Source of the DNA: Planctomycetota bacterium
GTDB lineage: Bacteria > Planctomycetota > JAJSAM01 > JAJVHW01
Direction of reading: 5' to 3'
Length of the DNA stretch: 64,000 bases
Assembly (NCBI GenBank): GCA_965248445.1
Contig: CBDFJG010000004.1
Location: forward strand, 1 to 64,000
Positions 28,111 through 39,175 of this stretch are shown here, piece by piece (the stretch's first letter is position 1; each line of letters opens with the position of its first letter). The translations under genes and the position numbers were made by a program. Below the pieces are notes generated by a model. It was not told where the DNA came from. It did not search any database and worked only from the letters and a program-made list of their open reading frames with translations.

Positions 28111-29487
28111 CTAGCACGTAGCTCCAGTCGACCAGGCCATCCGAGAACGGGACGATCGCCCACGCCGGTCCGAACTTGAAGAACACGGGCATCTGCCTCG
28201 CGATCGCGGCTAGGCCGTAGCCGAGGATGGAAGTGATCGGATACGCCTTCAGCGAGCTCGCTACGTAGTTCAGCCACTGCGTGGGTGTGCCGCCATAGTT
28301 CGCGTAGCCGTCGTGATTCCCTGGCACGGCAAACACGGGCTTCGAGAAGCGCGCGAATTCGTCGGACAGTTGGAGAAACTCGCCCCCCCTGATGTACGGA
28401 GATGTCGGCGGTAGGAGCCCAAGGGAGTTGAGCGCGACGGCGGCCTTCGACGTGCCGATTCCCTCTCCGTCCCCGAGATCCCCGGCGATGACCACGAACT
28501 TCACACGTTCCAGTTCGCGAGCGATCTCGGGCGGGAGAGACGGGGCGAGCGGCGCCGATCGCGCACCGGAGGGGCGAGGGGCGCAGGTTCGGATCGAGCA
28601 TCGAGAGGAACCGCCTAACCGAACCGAGGTCCTCGGTCCTCGTGGAACTGGAGATCGGCGGCCACGGCGAATGAGAACGACGTCTCGTCTGCGGGTGGAT
28701 CGTCGAGCCACGCAGGTGCTGGATACGGATCGCGGTCGAGAAGGTCGCGAACCGATCGACGTAGCTTCGCCACCGCCAGTGTTCGCTGGTCGCCGTGTGA
28801 GTTCGCAGCATCTCGGACGCGCATTGCGATGCCCCCGACCTGTGGCGCGAAGTACGGAATCGGGTACTTCTCGAGCGCCTCGGCAACACCGGACCACGAC
28901 TCTTCGTCATCGAACAGCGCGGTCAGCACCGACGTGTCGCGAAGCTGCGAAAGGACCGTCTCCCAGTCCCCGTTCCGAAGAGCCGATCGAACGCCGTCGA
29001 GTCGCGAGCTAGATACGACCGGCATCTCGACGGCCGGAAAGACGCGGATATCGAACATCCGGTTCCCTTGGACCACCGACCCGTCCGCGGGAATCGTCAG
29101 CACGACTCCGACCGCGTCCCACCGAACGCGTGGCCAGAGGACGTGCGTGTTCGAATCGAGTGCGAGGTGCGTCGACGAGGGGCGGTGTATGTGCTCGGGG
29201 GCGAGCCGCACCAACCCGCGCTCGCTCACGGCCACGGCGTTCGTCGATCGACTTCGCCCGTGTGGGCGCAGCCAGAATGTGACGTGCCGAGACCAGTCCG
29301 AGACAGGCTCGACGGGCTTCGCCTGGGGCAAGACAAACGAGTCGAGGACCGCGCCGACAACTACCGCGCGGTTTGACTCCATGTGGTTCAGTGCCTGCCA
29401 ATTGAAGATGTAAGGGAGGCACCAGTACCTCCGCGAGCGGTCACCTCGAACGGTCACGCGCCCTGGGTGTCCGGCGAATGGAGCTAG

Positions 29488-31156
29488 CCGCATCTGTTCA
29501 CGAGACGTCGCGATGACGGTGCTTTCGGAGTCCACAGGGTCAGATCTTGGCCAGGCGAGGGCGGATGCTGTCGTCGTTGCCACAAGGGCAACGCGAGTGA
29601 GCGGCCGAAACGGCGCGGATTCTGCGGTGTGGGCAGACCGTAGGCCGGGCGGTGGTGTGGCGGACGGCGCGGCGGGACGTCAGGTCGGCTTCGGGGATGC
29701 CAGCAGTCGTTGCGCGCAGCGCTCGAAGACGTGCTGCCAGGGCCACGACGAGGACATCGAGACCCAGATCCGGCGCGTCGTGATCCGCACGAGCGCGCCG
29801 ATCTTGAGCAGCCGCAGGCGGATCGTGCCGGCTTGCGCACGCGCCATCTCGGTGCCGGCGAGACCGATGCGTCGCAGCGCACAGGTCAGGACGTAGGCCA
29901 TGGCCGACATGGCCATCCGCACGGCGTTGCCCTGCATCGTGTGCACCGACAGACGGGTGCCGAAGAGCTCGAGCTGCTGCTCCTTGATGCGATTCTCCGC
30001 CTCGCCCCGGGCGCAGTAGAGCTGCTCGTAGAGACGCTTGCTGCTCCAGCTACGAGGCGGCAGATTGGTCACCACGAAGCGGGGATTGCGCTTGCCGCCC
30101 GGCAGGTGCTCGGCCTTGGCGACCACGCGACGCCTCTGGCTCCAGCTCCCCAGCGTGGTCCAGGCAAAGTCGCGAAAGACCCGGGCTGCTCGGCCGGTCT
30201 GCACGGCACGGGCTGCGGCCTCATCGAGCGCGTCTTCGACGTGTCGCTCAAGGCGCTCATTGCGCGCCATGCCCAGCAGGTAGAAGTGGCCGGCGGCCTC
30301 GCACCAGGCCATCAGCTCCTCGCGGCAAAAGCCCGAGTCTGCGCGCACGAGCACCTTGGCCCGGGGCCAGCGGCGCCGCAGACGTAAGACCAGCGCACGG
30401 AGCTCGTCCACGACTCCGCGCGCGGGATCTCTGTCAGCGGTCTGGAGCCGAGCGAGCAAGAGGTGCTCGCCGCAGAAGACGTACAGCGGCAGGTAGCAGT
30501 AGTGCCCGTAGTAGCCGTGGAAGAAGCGGCCCTCCTGCCGGCCGTGCAGCCGCACGTCGGAGTGGTCCAGGTCCAGCACGAGCAGGCCCGGATCCTCCGG
30601 CCCCATGGCCTCGCAGAAGACGTCGCTGAGCACGCTGTCCACGCGCTCCTGGTCCATCTCGATCTTGGCGTAGCGCGTCTGTGCCGTGGCGCCGAGCTGC
30701 GTGGTCTCGAGCCGCGAGAGCGTCGGGTGCGTGGCCAGAGCACCCTCGCGCTTGCCGCACGCCGCGGCAAACAGCGGGTCCTTGCCGACATGGTCGTGGT
30801 CCACCAGATCCTCGTAGCCCGCGCACAGCCCGAAGACCCGCTGACGCAGCATCTGGCCGACCGTGTGCTCGACCCGACGCGGGTCCCGGTGGTCCCCGAA
30901 GCAGCGCGCAAACCGCGAGAGCAGATCGATGCGACGATCGGTCCGCTCGAGCAGCAGCACGCCCCCGTCGCTCGTCACGGTACCGGCGTCGAAGCGCGTC
31001 ACCGCGGTGCGTCCACAGATGCCCGCGAAGAGGGTCCCCTGCGGGCTACAGTCTGTCGTCATCGGGCCGGCGCTCCTGTCGGTGCAAGTACTAGCGAGTA
31101 CGAGCACTTAGACAGACGACGGCCCGCTCAGATTCCCGGCTGGTGAACGATTCGGG
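29488..31156 (-). mobile_element. Second IS1380-family species
   Basis: TIRs CCCGAATCGTTCAC / CCGCATCTGTTCAC; CTAG TSD at 29484-29487 and 31157-31160. Confidence 0.92.
29680..31062 (-). CDS. IS1380 transposase
   Basis: TSDGG, GYED, LDLD..HGRQEGRFFHGYY, RADSGF, YCARGEAENRIKE. Confidence 0.95.
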   Translation of the reverse strand: MTTDCSPQGTLFAGICGRTAVTRFDAGTVTSDGGVLLLERTDRRIDLLSRFARCFGDHRDPRRVEHTVGQMLRQRVFGLCAGYEDLVDHDHVGKDPLFAAACGKREGALATHPTLSRLETTQLGATAQTRYAKIEMDQERVDSVLSDVFCEAMGPEDPGLLVLDLDHSDVRLHGRQEGRFFHGYYGHYCYLPLYVFCGEHLLLARLQTADRDPARGVVDELRALVLRLRRRWPRAKVLVRADSGFCREELMAWCEAAGHFYLLGMARNERLERHVEDALDEAAARAVQTGRAARVFRDFAWTTLGSWSQRRRVVAKAEHLPGGKRNPRFVVTNLPPRSWSSKRLYEQLYCARGEAENRIKEQQLELFGTRLSVHTMQGNAVRMAMSAMAYVLTCALRRIGLAGTEMARAQAGTIRLRLLKIGALVRITTRRIWVSMSSSWPWQHVFERCAQRLLASPKPT

Positions 31157-31626
31157 CTAGAAAGCACACCCCGAGGGCCACCGTGCGAAGCGCCGTTCGC
31201 AGTCGCATGAAGTGAGTCAGTGCGAACCGAGTCCTGCAGGGTAGCGGCAAGTCTCGGTGGGGGCCCGCACGTCCCACCACTCGGCAGAACCGTATCCGGC
31301 GAACTCCAGGGGCCTCGTCCGACGGCGGTGCGACAGCGTGGCGCACGTTCATCTCCTTCGATTCTCGGCGGCACGTTCGCAGTGACTGATGGAGAGTCCA
31401 CCCGTTCGGGAGTCGAACGGTACCAGATCCCAGTGCGCGCCGACGACCGAGTGTGGTGACGGCGTTCCGCTGGTGCTACGAGCCGAGCGCGCTCGCCGGT
31501 GCGATTGCTCGTTTGTGGTTGACACGGAAATTGGTCCGGGGCTACCGTCGACTCGCGCCGTAGTGCTGAGGCCGAATCGGTCGGGAACGGCCTCGACTAT
31601 GCACGCGCCCATCGAGGGAGGGCAGG

Positions 31627-32581
31627 ATGACGCGCGAGAGCGTCTGGCTACGGGCTCGAATACGCATTGGTCTGACAGCGCTCTTGATCGCGGCTGTGTG
31701 TCCGCGGGCCCTACTCGACACTGAGGCTCCGGTTGTGTTCGTGTCTTTCTCATCGCATGGGGACGCGATGCTGGGGTCATCGGGCGCACCGTTGGTTCTT
31801 ACGTCCACGACAATCCTCGTCCCCGCCGAGGGCCCGGATGGTGACCCCACCACGCAGGACGACCTGACTCTCGTCGTGAGGCCAGCGGCCGGTGGTACGT
31901 TCTGCAACGCGTCCATCACGCCGCTTGCTACTCCATTCGCGTCAGCGCGCTCAGGTCAAGTCACTCGTCTCTCTGCGACAAGCGCCCTCCGTTCGAGCGC
32001 GGGCGACGACCGTGTCTGGGGCACGAACGACGATGCGGTTCACCTCCTGAGTCAGATCGGCACACTGAACATAGTCAGCAAGATCATAATCCGCGGGGGC
32101 TCACTCCCATATTCCCCGGAGCGAACTTCTAGCTCCACCGCGGTCACGAGCACGACTGGGCTGGATGGAGTGTTCGGCACCGCCGACGACTGCGTCGCTG
32201 TGCTGTCTGGTCTTGGTGCAACGAGCGCGGTGGAGTACCTGCCGGCACCTTTCATCCCCGAATCAGGCAGGTCGCGGCCGGTACCGCTGAGTTCGTCGTC
32301 GTTCTTGGTCGCGAGCGACGGCCTCGACGGAATCGCGACAACGGCTGACGACGTCACGTACTTGTTCACGGACGTTGGTGGCGAATTCCAGCGGGTCGAC
32401 CTGGCCACGCCGTTTCTATTCGATCGCGCTCCAGGTCGCGCAGTGGCTGCGTCGCGAACGCGGGCAATCGCATCGTCTGCAGCAGACGACGGCCTCCCCG
32501 GGACATCGGACGATGAGATACTCCTCTTAGACAGCCTGGACGCGGTTCCGACAGTCACTCGGATCGGCGTGGAGTCACTAA
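31627..32581 (+). pseudogene. Secreted repeat protein (GxDGxxGTxDD loops) truncated by IS1380
   Basis: Signal-like N-terminus, five D-rich repeats ~50 aa apart; ORF runs into the IS end. Confidence 0.7.
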
Positions 32582-34277
32582 CCTGCATAATTCATCACGC
32601 CACGCCCGGAACGTAGATTCGGGCGCACCGCGCATTGCATAAACTGTTGTTAGAGCAATAGTTACACAGATGCGAGAGGTACGCCCGAGTGACGAATTCT
32701 ACCCCACACACTGTCCGGTTTCCCGATCTCTTCGGGAAGGTCACCACGGCCGTGTTCGACGGCGAAGCGCACACGTCCGAGGGAGGCGCGGGACTGCTGC
32801 GCGCGGTGGACCGTCGAATGGGAGTGACCGCAGGTCTGGCTGCGCTGTTGGTGGATCGTCGTGACCCGACGCGGGTGCAGCACTCGTTGGAGGAGCTCTT
32901 TCGGCAGCGCGTCTTCTCGATCGGCCTGGGCTACAGCGACCAGAACGACGCGGCTCGCGTGGGCACCGACCCGATGCTCAAGGGGGTCACGGGCCGCGCG
33001 CCGATCAAGGGCGCCGACCTGGCGTCTCAGGCGACGCTGTCGCGCTTCGAGAACGCGGTCACGGCGCACGAGCTCGTGGCCTTGTCGCGCAAGCTCGAGG
33101 AGGACGTGATCGAGCGTCTTTGCGCTCGCCACCGGGGGGCCCGGCGCATCACGATCGACATGGACCCGAGCTGTGACCCGACCCACGGTGCACAGCAGGG
33201 AGCGCTCTTCAACGGCTTCTACGACACGTGGTGCTACCTGCCGGTTTTCGGCTTCCTCACGGTCGACGGCGATCCGGAGCAGTACCTTTTCTGTGCGCGG
33301 CTGCGGCCGGGCAACGCGAAGGAGGGCCGCACGTCGCTGCGGACGATCCGCCGGATGGTGAAGCGACTTCGGCGTGCGTTTCCGCGCACGCAGATCCTCG
33401 TGCGCCTGGACAGCGGCTTCGCCGGCTCGCGGCTCTTCGACGCGCTGGACGAACTCGGCGTGAAGTACGTGGTCGGGATGCCCAAGAACAAGCGGCTCCT
33501 GGATCTGTGCGACGCCGAGATGACAGCGGCTGCGGTGCTGGCGGCGATGGAAGACAAGACGGCGCAGATCTACGGCGACTGCGAGTACCGGGCGAAGAGC
33601 TGGAGCAGGTCCCGCCGCGTGGTCTTCAAGGCGTAAGTGCTGGTCGCCACCGGGAAGGTGAACAAGGACAACGCGCGCTTCGTGGTCACCAACGTCTCGC
33701 GCAGCTACAAGCCCGAGACGACCTACTGCAAGACCTACTGCGGTCGCGGCGACGCCGAGAACCGCATCAAGGAACTCAAGGGTGGCCTGGCGGTGGATCG
33801 CACGAGCAACTCGAGCTTCCTGGCGAACCAGTTCCGCGTGCTGATGACCGCGGCGGCCTACGTACTCTTCCAGGAGTTACGCTACCAGTTGCGCGGCACC
33901 ACGGCCGCAGTCTGGCAGGTGCACACGATCCGCGAACGGCTGCTCAAGATCGGCGCCCGCGTCGTGGAATCGGTGCGCCGCGTCGTCGTGCATCTCGCGG
34001 CGGCCTGCCCATGGCGCGAGCTGTGGTGCCGCGTCGCGCGAAGGCTCGGCGCTGCGCCGGTCTGAGCGCAGCCGATGGCCAGAAGAACGACACGCTTCCG
34101 GCTACCGGTCCGTCCAGACCTCGTCCGCGCGGCGGCAAATGGACTTGAACGCCCCCTCGGAACGAAGATCCCGCCGTCCGAGACCCCGCCGACCTCGGTG
34201 AACGCCGCAAGTCGAGCGCCCGGGCGCTCGGACCGGCCGAGGGACGCCATCGCGAGCGTCGTCATGAATAGTGCGGG
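32582..34277 (+). mobile_element. IS1380 copy 2 (near-identical to 26415-28110, inverted)
   Basis: Same ends and length (1696 bp); flanks CTAA / CAGG, no intact TSD. Confidence 0.93.
32689..34065 (+). pseudogene. IS1380 transposase with nonsense mutation
   Basis: CAA>TAA at 33634-33636 relative to copy 1. Confidence 0.9.
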
Positions 34278-35373
34278 CAGGGGCTCCCCCCTTCGCTCAG
34301 GTTGAGCGTCCGATCGGGTGACTAACATCGCACTTACAAGGAGGTGCGATGACCGGTGCCATGATCCCCTTTGCGCGCGACGACTCGCTGCCGGGCACAC
34401 TCGCCGAGTTTGTCGTGAGGTTCTCCGACGAAGATCGGTGTGCAGCCCTGCTGCGCCGGTGGAAGTACGGCGAGGGCGGCTTCCGCTGTCCAGCGTGCGG
34501 CGGCGAGGAGGCGTGGTTCCTGCCGTCACGCCGGCTCGACGAGTGTTGTGCCTGCCACAAGCAGGTTTCGCTCACCGCCGGCACCGTCATGCACGGGTCT
34601 CGCAAGCCGCTACGGCTGTGGTTCCTGGCCATGTATCTGTTCGTGTCGAGCAAGCGAGGCATCTCCGCACTCGAGCTGCAGCGCGAGCTTGGACTGGCCA
34701 AGTACCAGACCGCTTGGACATGGCTGCACAAGTTGCGAAACGCCATCGCGATGCGATCCACCGCGCCGCTGCGCGGACACCTCGAGATCGACGAGACCTG
34801 GGAAGGCGGACTGCGACATGGCCGGCCGGGGCGTCCCAAGGTCGGCGACCGCAGCGCGCTGGTCATGGGAGCCGTCGAGATCTCACCGCGTCACGCCCTC
34901 ATCGGTCGCATCCGTCTCGAATCCATCGCCGATGGTTCGGCTGACACGGTCAAGGCGTTCCTCGAGCAGCACGTCGCCGCACGCTCAGTGCTGTTCACCG
35001 ACGACTGGCGTAGCTATCGAAAGCCGGCTGACGACTTGGAGCACGACCATCGACCGACCAACGTGTCGAAGTCCGACGACGAGGCACACGTTGTGCTACC
35101 TGCGATCCACCGCGTCTTCTCGCTGCTCCATCGCGTGCTCTTGGGCACGTTCCAGGGCGGCGTGCGACGCAAGTACCTCCCCAGCTACCTGGCGGAGTTC
35201 GAGTTCCGGTTCAACCGACGCACATCGAAGCGACGTGGACTGCTGTTCCAACGACTACTCGCCTGCGCCGTGCGGCGATGCCCTCCCTTCCACTGGGAGA
35301 TCGTTGGGCGAACCGATGCGCGCACGCCACTCGCCGCCGCAGCCTGACCTGAGTGAAGAGGGGATCCCCTGCC
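34278..35373 (+). mobile_element. IS1595-family element
   Basis: Imperfect TIRs CAGGGGCTCCCCCCTTCGCTCAGGT / CAGGGGATCCCCTCTTCACTCAGGT; exact ends uncertain by a few bp. Confidence 0.88.
34349..35347 (+). CDS. IS1595 transposase
   Basis: Zn ribbon CPAC/CCAC, SLTAGT, GISALELQR, EIDET, TDDW, YLAEFEFRFNRR. Confidence 0.93.
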   Translation: MTGAMIPFARDDSLPGTLAEFVVRFSDEDRCAALLRRWKYGEGGFRCPACGGEEAWFLPSRRLDECCACHKQVSLTAGTVMHGSRKPLRLWFLAMYLFVSSKRGISALELQRELGLAKYQTAWTWLHKLRNAIAMRSTAPLRGHLEIDETWEGGLRHGRPGRPKVGDRSALVMGAVEISPRHALIGRIRLESIADGSADTVKAFLEQHVAARSVLFTDDWRSYRKPADDLEHDHRPTNVSKSDDEAHVVLPAIHRVFSLLHRVLLGTFQGGVRRKYLPSYLAEFEFRFNRRTSKRRGLLFQRLLACAVRRCPPFHWEIVGRTDARTPLAAAA

Positions 35374-36783
35374 GGGGTTGGTCTGCGGCAGGTACGCCGG
35401 CAGTTCGACACCCTTGCAGTGCATCGCGTACCCGTCGTCACCGGTGACGGCCGCGAGCCGCGCCACCCCTTGGCCGAGCAGCGGGAGCAGACCGCGCGCG
35501 ATGCCTTCGATGGCGCGGAGGACGCCGTCCACGTCACCGAACGCGAGCCCGTCGGCGACGGGGTTCTCGGGATGTCGCTGGTTCCACTCCATCGCGTACG
35601 ACAGCGTCGCGCCGAGCGAGATCGAGTCCATGCAGAGCTCGTCCACCAGTTGCACCAGAGTGCAGGCGGCGTCTGCGTCGTAGATGCCGAGGTTCGACGA
35701 CAGGAGGTTCAGCGGCTCGTAGTCGAGCTTCGCGCGGAAGCGACCCCGTGTGCCGTCCTCCTGCTGATCGTGCACGTTCTTGTGGCACCGGATCCCGCAG
35801 CGATGGCAGGACTCCGCGACCACCTCGAACGGACCCTCCTCGACGGTCTCGCGGACCAGCGGGAGCGACGCGTCGTTCGCGACGGGTCCGAAGTTGCGCT
35901 CGGGCAGTGCGTTGATCTGCGGCAGCACGGCATAGTTCGCCCAGGTGCCGCCGCCGCTGCCGTCGTCCGCCTCGCGGAAGCGCGCGCTGCCGCGGCCACG
36001 TGCGATGCGCTTGTTGACGGCGGTCACGGTCTCGTTGCGCGGCGCGGGGTCGGGATCCGGCCCGTCGGCGGCGATCCCGAGCAGGTTCTTCGATCCGAAC
36101 ACACCGCCGAATCCGCCCCGGCCGCAGAACCCTGGTTTCGGATCACCGGAACGAAGCTGGTTCTCCGTCGAGAGAGCGAGGGCGGCGAACCGGCAGTAGC
36201 GCCAAGCCTCTCCGGCCGGACCGATCACGGCGAAGTGCGCACTTGCGTAGCGCCCGTGGAGTTGCTGGATGCGTGCGTTCACGCTGAGCCCGGCGAGGTC
36301 GCCCGCGTCCTCGAACGCGAACGCAACGCCTCCCGACGCGGTGTCACTGACTGACAGGTGCAACAGGACGGGGTGCGGCGAGCGGCCGGTGAAGATGATC
36401 TCGTCGATGGCGAGACCACGGAGCTTCGTGCCGAACTTGCCGCTTCCCGCGGACCACATGGCACCCGGTCTCCCCGCGCGCGAGACCTTCAGCGGGGAGT
36501 AGCCGTGCACGAAAGTGCGCAGCCCCGTCATGAGCGCCGTCCCCGATAGAGCGCCGAGGTTCACGATGAGCGGCGCGGCGGGGTCGTAGGCGTCCCCGAC
36601 ATCATGCTCGTCGAGCAGCCGCATGGCGCGGCCGATGCCGCCGAGTGCGTCGTCGAGGTCGCGGCAGCGCGGCTCCTCGAATTCGACGGACAGCGCGGTC
36701 AGGTCCACGCGGAACCGGCGGATCGTCAGATCCTCGGGCCGGCCGGCGGCCGGGACGGTCGCGGGGTCGACCTTCGCAGTCAC
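35374..36783 (-). pseudogene. Aldehyde:ferredoxin oxidoreductase (AOR family), C-terminus removed at IS1595
   Basis: SPL, IGPAGE, GRGGFGGVFGSKNL, CHRCGIRC, YE, MDSIS, KGVELPAY. Confidence 0.85.
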
Positions 36784-36792
36784 GGGCGGAGT

Positions 36793-38019
36793 CTACTTGC
36801 CGGCGAGGTGGACTTCTCTACGCGACAGCGCGTCCGCGCAGAGAGCGTCCAGGTCGTACTCCTGCTCGACGTGTTCAAGACGCTCGGCGGAGCAGGCCGT
36901 CTTGGGGTGCTTCGCCACCAGTAGTGAGCAGCAATCGACGCCCGGCTTCACCGACTCGTCGTAGGTCCCGATCTCCCGCGCGATCTTCACGATGTCAGCC
37001 TTGTTGGTGCCGCAGAGCGGTGAGAGCACGGGTGGCTCGGCAGCCGCGTACACCGCTGCGATGTTCTGCAGTGTCTGCGACGCGACCTGCCCGACGGCGT
37101 CGCCGACGACAGTGGCCAGAGCACCCTGCTGCTTCCGCACCATGTTCGCCACGCGCATCATCGCCCGGCGGTAGAGCAGCATCCGCATGTCCGCCGGAGC
37201 GTACGCGATGATCTCACGCTGCAATTCGTCGAACGGCACGAGTTCGAGACGCAGCGGGCCGTGATACCGAGCGAGGACCTCGGCCAGGCCGATCACCTTC
37301 TCGCGAACGCCCTCACCGGAGTACGCCCTGTTCCACAGGTGCACGCCGATCACATGGCATCCGCGCACCATCATGCGATACGCGGCGACGGGCGAGTCCA
37401 GTCCACCCGACAACAGTGTGACGACGGTGCCCGCCGGGCCGACCGGCAGTCCGCCGGGACCGTTGCGCCGCGCGTCGAGCACGTACGCGTACTTGTCGTC
37501 GGCTTCGATCCGGTACTCGTCGTCCGGGTGGTGCAGGTCCACAGGCCGGCCGGTTGCGGCCTGCACAGCCGCGCCGACGACGCGGTTCGCCTCCATGCTG
37601 TCGAACGGAAGCGACTTGACCGATCGACGCGCGTTGATCTTGAACGAGCCGCTGCCGCGCAGCGAGAGCGCGACGGCGGCTGCTTCGATCTTCGCCAGCA
37701 CCGGCTTGGTGCGGACGGCCGGCGACACCCACGCGACGCCGGGCTGCCGCGCAACGGCCGCGAGGAGATCCGGTAGATCGCCGGGCGCCGCGTTTTCGAG
37801 CGGGAACGTGAGACGACCGGTCTCCCGCCGCACGTTCACCTTGATCCAGGGACGGACGGCTCGGGACACGTTCCTGGCCAGGGCGTTCTCGAACATCCAG
37901 CGGTTGCCGGACTTCGTGCCGATCTCCGCGTAGTGGACCACGCAACGGGTGTAGTGCTGCCTGGCCCCGTCCGCGGGATTCGGGGTGGTCTGCTCGACGG
38001 GCTCTGCCGGGGTGCTCAT
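36793..38019 (-). CDS. thiI: tRNA 4-thiouridine synthase
   Basis: HYAEIGTKSGNR, THUMP domain, GPGGLPVG, LLSGGLDSPVA, GQVASQT, DCC. Confidence 0.92.
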   Translation of the reverse strand: MSTPAEPVEQTTPNPADGARQHYTRCVVHYAEIGTKSGNRWMFENALARNVSRAVRPWIKVNVRRETGRLTFPLENAAPGDLPDLLAAVARQPGVAWVSPAVRTKPVLAKIEAAAVALSLRGSGSFKINARRSVKSLPFDSMEANRVVGAAVQAATGRPVDLHHPDDEYRIEADDKYAYVLDARRNGPGGLPVGPAGTVVTLLSGGLDSPVAAYRMMVRGCHVIGVHLWNRAYSGEGVREKVIGLAEVLARYHGPLRLELVPFDELQREIIAYAPADMRMLLYRRAMMRVANMVRKQQGALATVVGDAVGQVASQTLQNIAAVYAAAEPPVLSPLCGTNKADIVKIAREIGTYDESVKPGVDCCSLLVAKHPKTACSAERLEHVEQEYDLDALCADALSRREVHLAGK

Positions 38020-38046
38020 CCGTCTTCGTCTGCTACTCTCCCGCGC

Positions 38047-38694
38047 GTGCCGGGTCACCGATTCTCTTCGCTCTCGCGACTGCTGCGACCTGCTTGGGCC
38101 ATCGGGTTCCTGGCCGCCGGTCTCCTCGTCGTACAAGTCGCGGGCCCAGCCCACGTAAGCTCGGCCCAGGAGAGCACACGGATCGCCGTCGGCGAGATCC
38201 CTCCCGCCGAGATCCGACTGCGCCGGGTCGGGACCACCGATGACGCAGGCCTGGTGGCGGTTGGCGAGACCGGGCGCGAGAGGCCTCGGGTCCTCGTGTA
38301 CCGGTCGTCCCGCTGCCCAGTCTCCGAACGGTACGCGAAGACTCTCCTCGCTGCGGTCGAAGACCTGGGTACCGCAGCGGATCTGGTGCTTGTCGTCACC
38401 GATGGCGACGCTTCGGAAGCGGATCTGACGGAGACGCTCTCCCGCCAGGGGCTCGCGCTGCCGGTCCTCCGCGACACCGAGGGCGCCGCCAAGCGTCTCG
38501 GCGTCCGCGTCACACCCACGGTGCTGCTGCTGGCGGCCGACGGAACGCTGCGATACCGCGGTCCCATCGACAACGACCGCCGCGCGCGCGGCAAGGACAG
38601 CCGGGCGCTGCTCGTCCCTGCGGTCCGCGCCGTCGTGGCAGGCCGGGCCGTGGAGCCGGCGGAGGCGCGTCCATTCGGCTCTGCCCTGCGGTAA
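38047..38694 (+). CDS. Exported thioredoxin-fold (redoxin) protein
   Basis: RCPVS, LPVLRD, TPTVLL...LRYRGPIDN. Confidence 0.8.
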   Translation: MPGHRFSSLSRLLRPAWAIGFLAAGLLVVQVAGPAHVSSAQESTRIAVGEIPPAEIRLRRVGTTDDAGLVAVGETGRERPRVLVYRSSRCPVSERYAKTLLAAVEDLGTAADLVLVVTDGDASEADLTETLSRQGLALPVLRDTEGAAKRLGVRVTPTVLLLAADGTLRYRGPIDNDRRARGKDSRALLVPAVRAVVAGRAVEPAEARPFGSALR

Positions 38695-38753
38695 TCGCCC
38701 GTTCAGGCGAGCGTGCCAAGGTAGCCTCGGCGTGAACCCCGGGAGCACCACAG

Positions 38754-39140
38754 ATGAGCAAGCCGCAGCTCGGCTACCTCCTCCTCTGCGACGGCCACGC
38801 CAAGGTCGGTGGCAAGGACTGCGTGCTCGGGATCTTCAATCGCATCTTCGCGAAGAAGTTCCCGACGACGCACGACCAGTGCTACCTCGCGTTCGAGCTC
38901 TGGGCCGATCCCGGTGAGCACGAACTGCGTGTGCGTATCCGCGACACAGACGAAGCCGACATCGTGCCGGCGCTCGGACCGCTCAACATGCAGATCGCCG
39001 AGTCCGGACAGGGCAGCGGAGCGATCCAGCTGCGCGGGCTGCCGCTCGCGAGGTCCGGCATCTACACGTTCGTCGTCGAGGTGGACGGCGAACCGGTGGG
39101 TGGCCGCGACCTCTTCGTCGAGCCGATGCCCAACCCATAA
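38754..39140 (+). CDS. DUF6941-like protein
   Basis: LLLCD...GKDCVLGIFNRI...FP...GIYTFVVEVDG. Confidence 0.75.
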   Translation: MSKPQLGYLLLCDGHAKVGGKDCVLGIFNRIFAKKFPTTHDQCYLAFELWADPGEHELRVRIRDTDEADIVPALGPLNMQIAESGQGSGAIQLRGLPLARSGIYTFVVEVDGEPVGGRDLFVEPMPNP

Positions 39141-39175
39141 ACGCGGGCCGAACCCACAACGGTGAGCCTGAGGCG

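Larger units (their letters stand above)
28111..31208 (-). pseudogene. Secreted calcineurin-like metallophosphoesterase broken by two IS1380 insertions and two 7-bp duplications
   Basis: Signal-like MRLRTALRTVALGVCFLA|PFAG rejoined across the IS; motifs ADLQ, AGDLGD, PGNHD. Confidence 0.8.

Noticed and set aside
26415..34277. Composite transposon that arrived as one unit
   Set aside because: Copy 1 has its own CTAG TSD on both sides and the outer flanks do not match, so the insertions were independent
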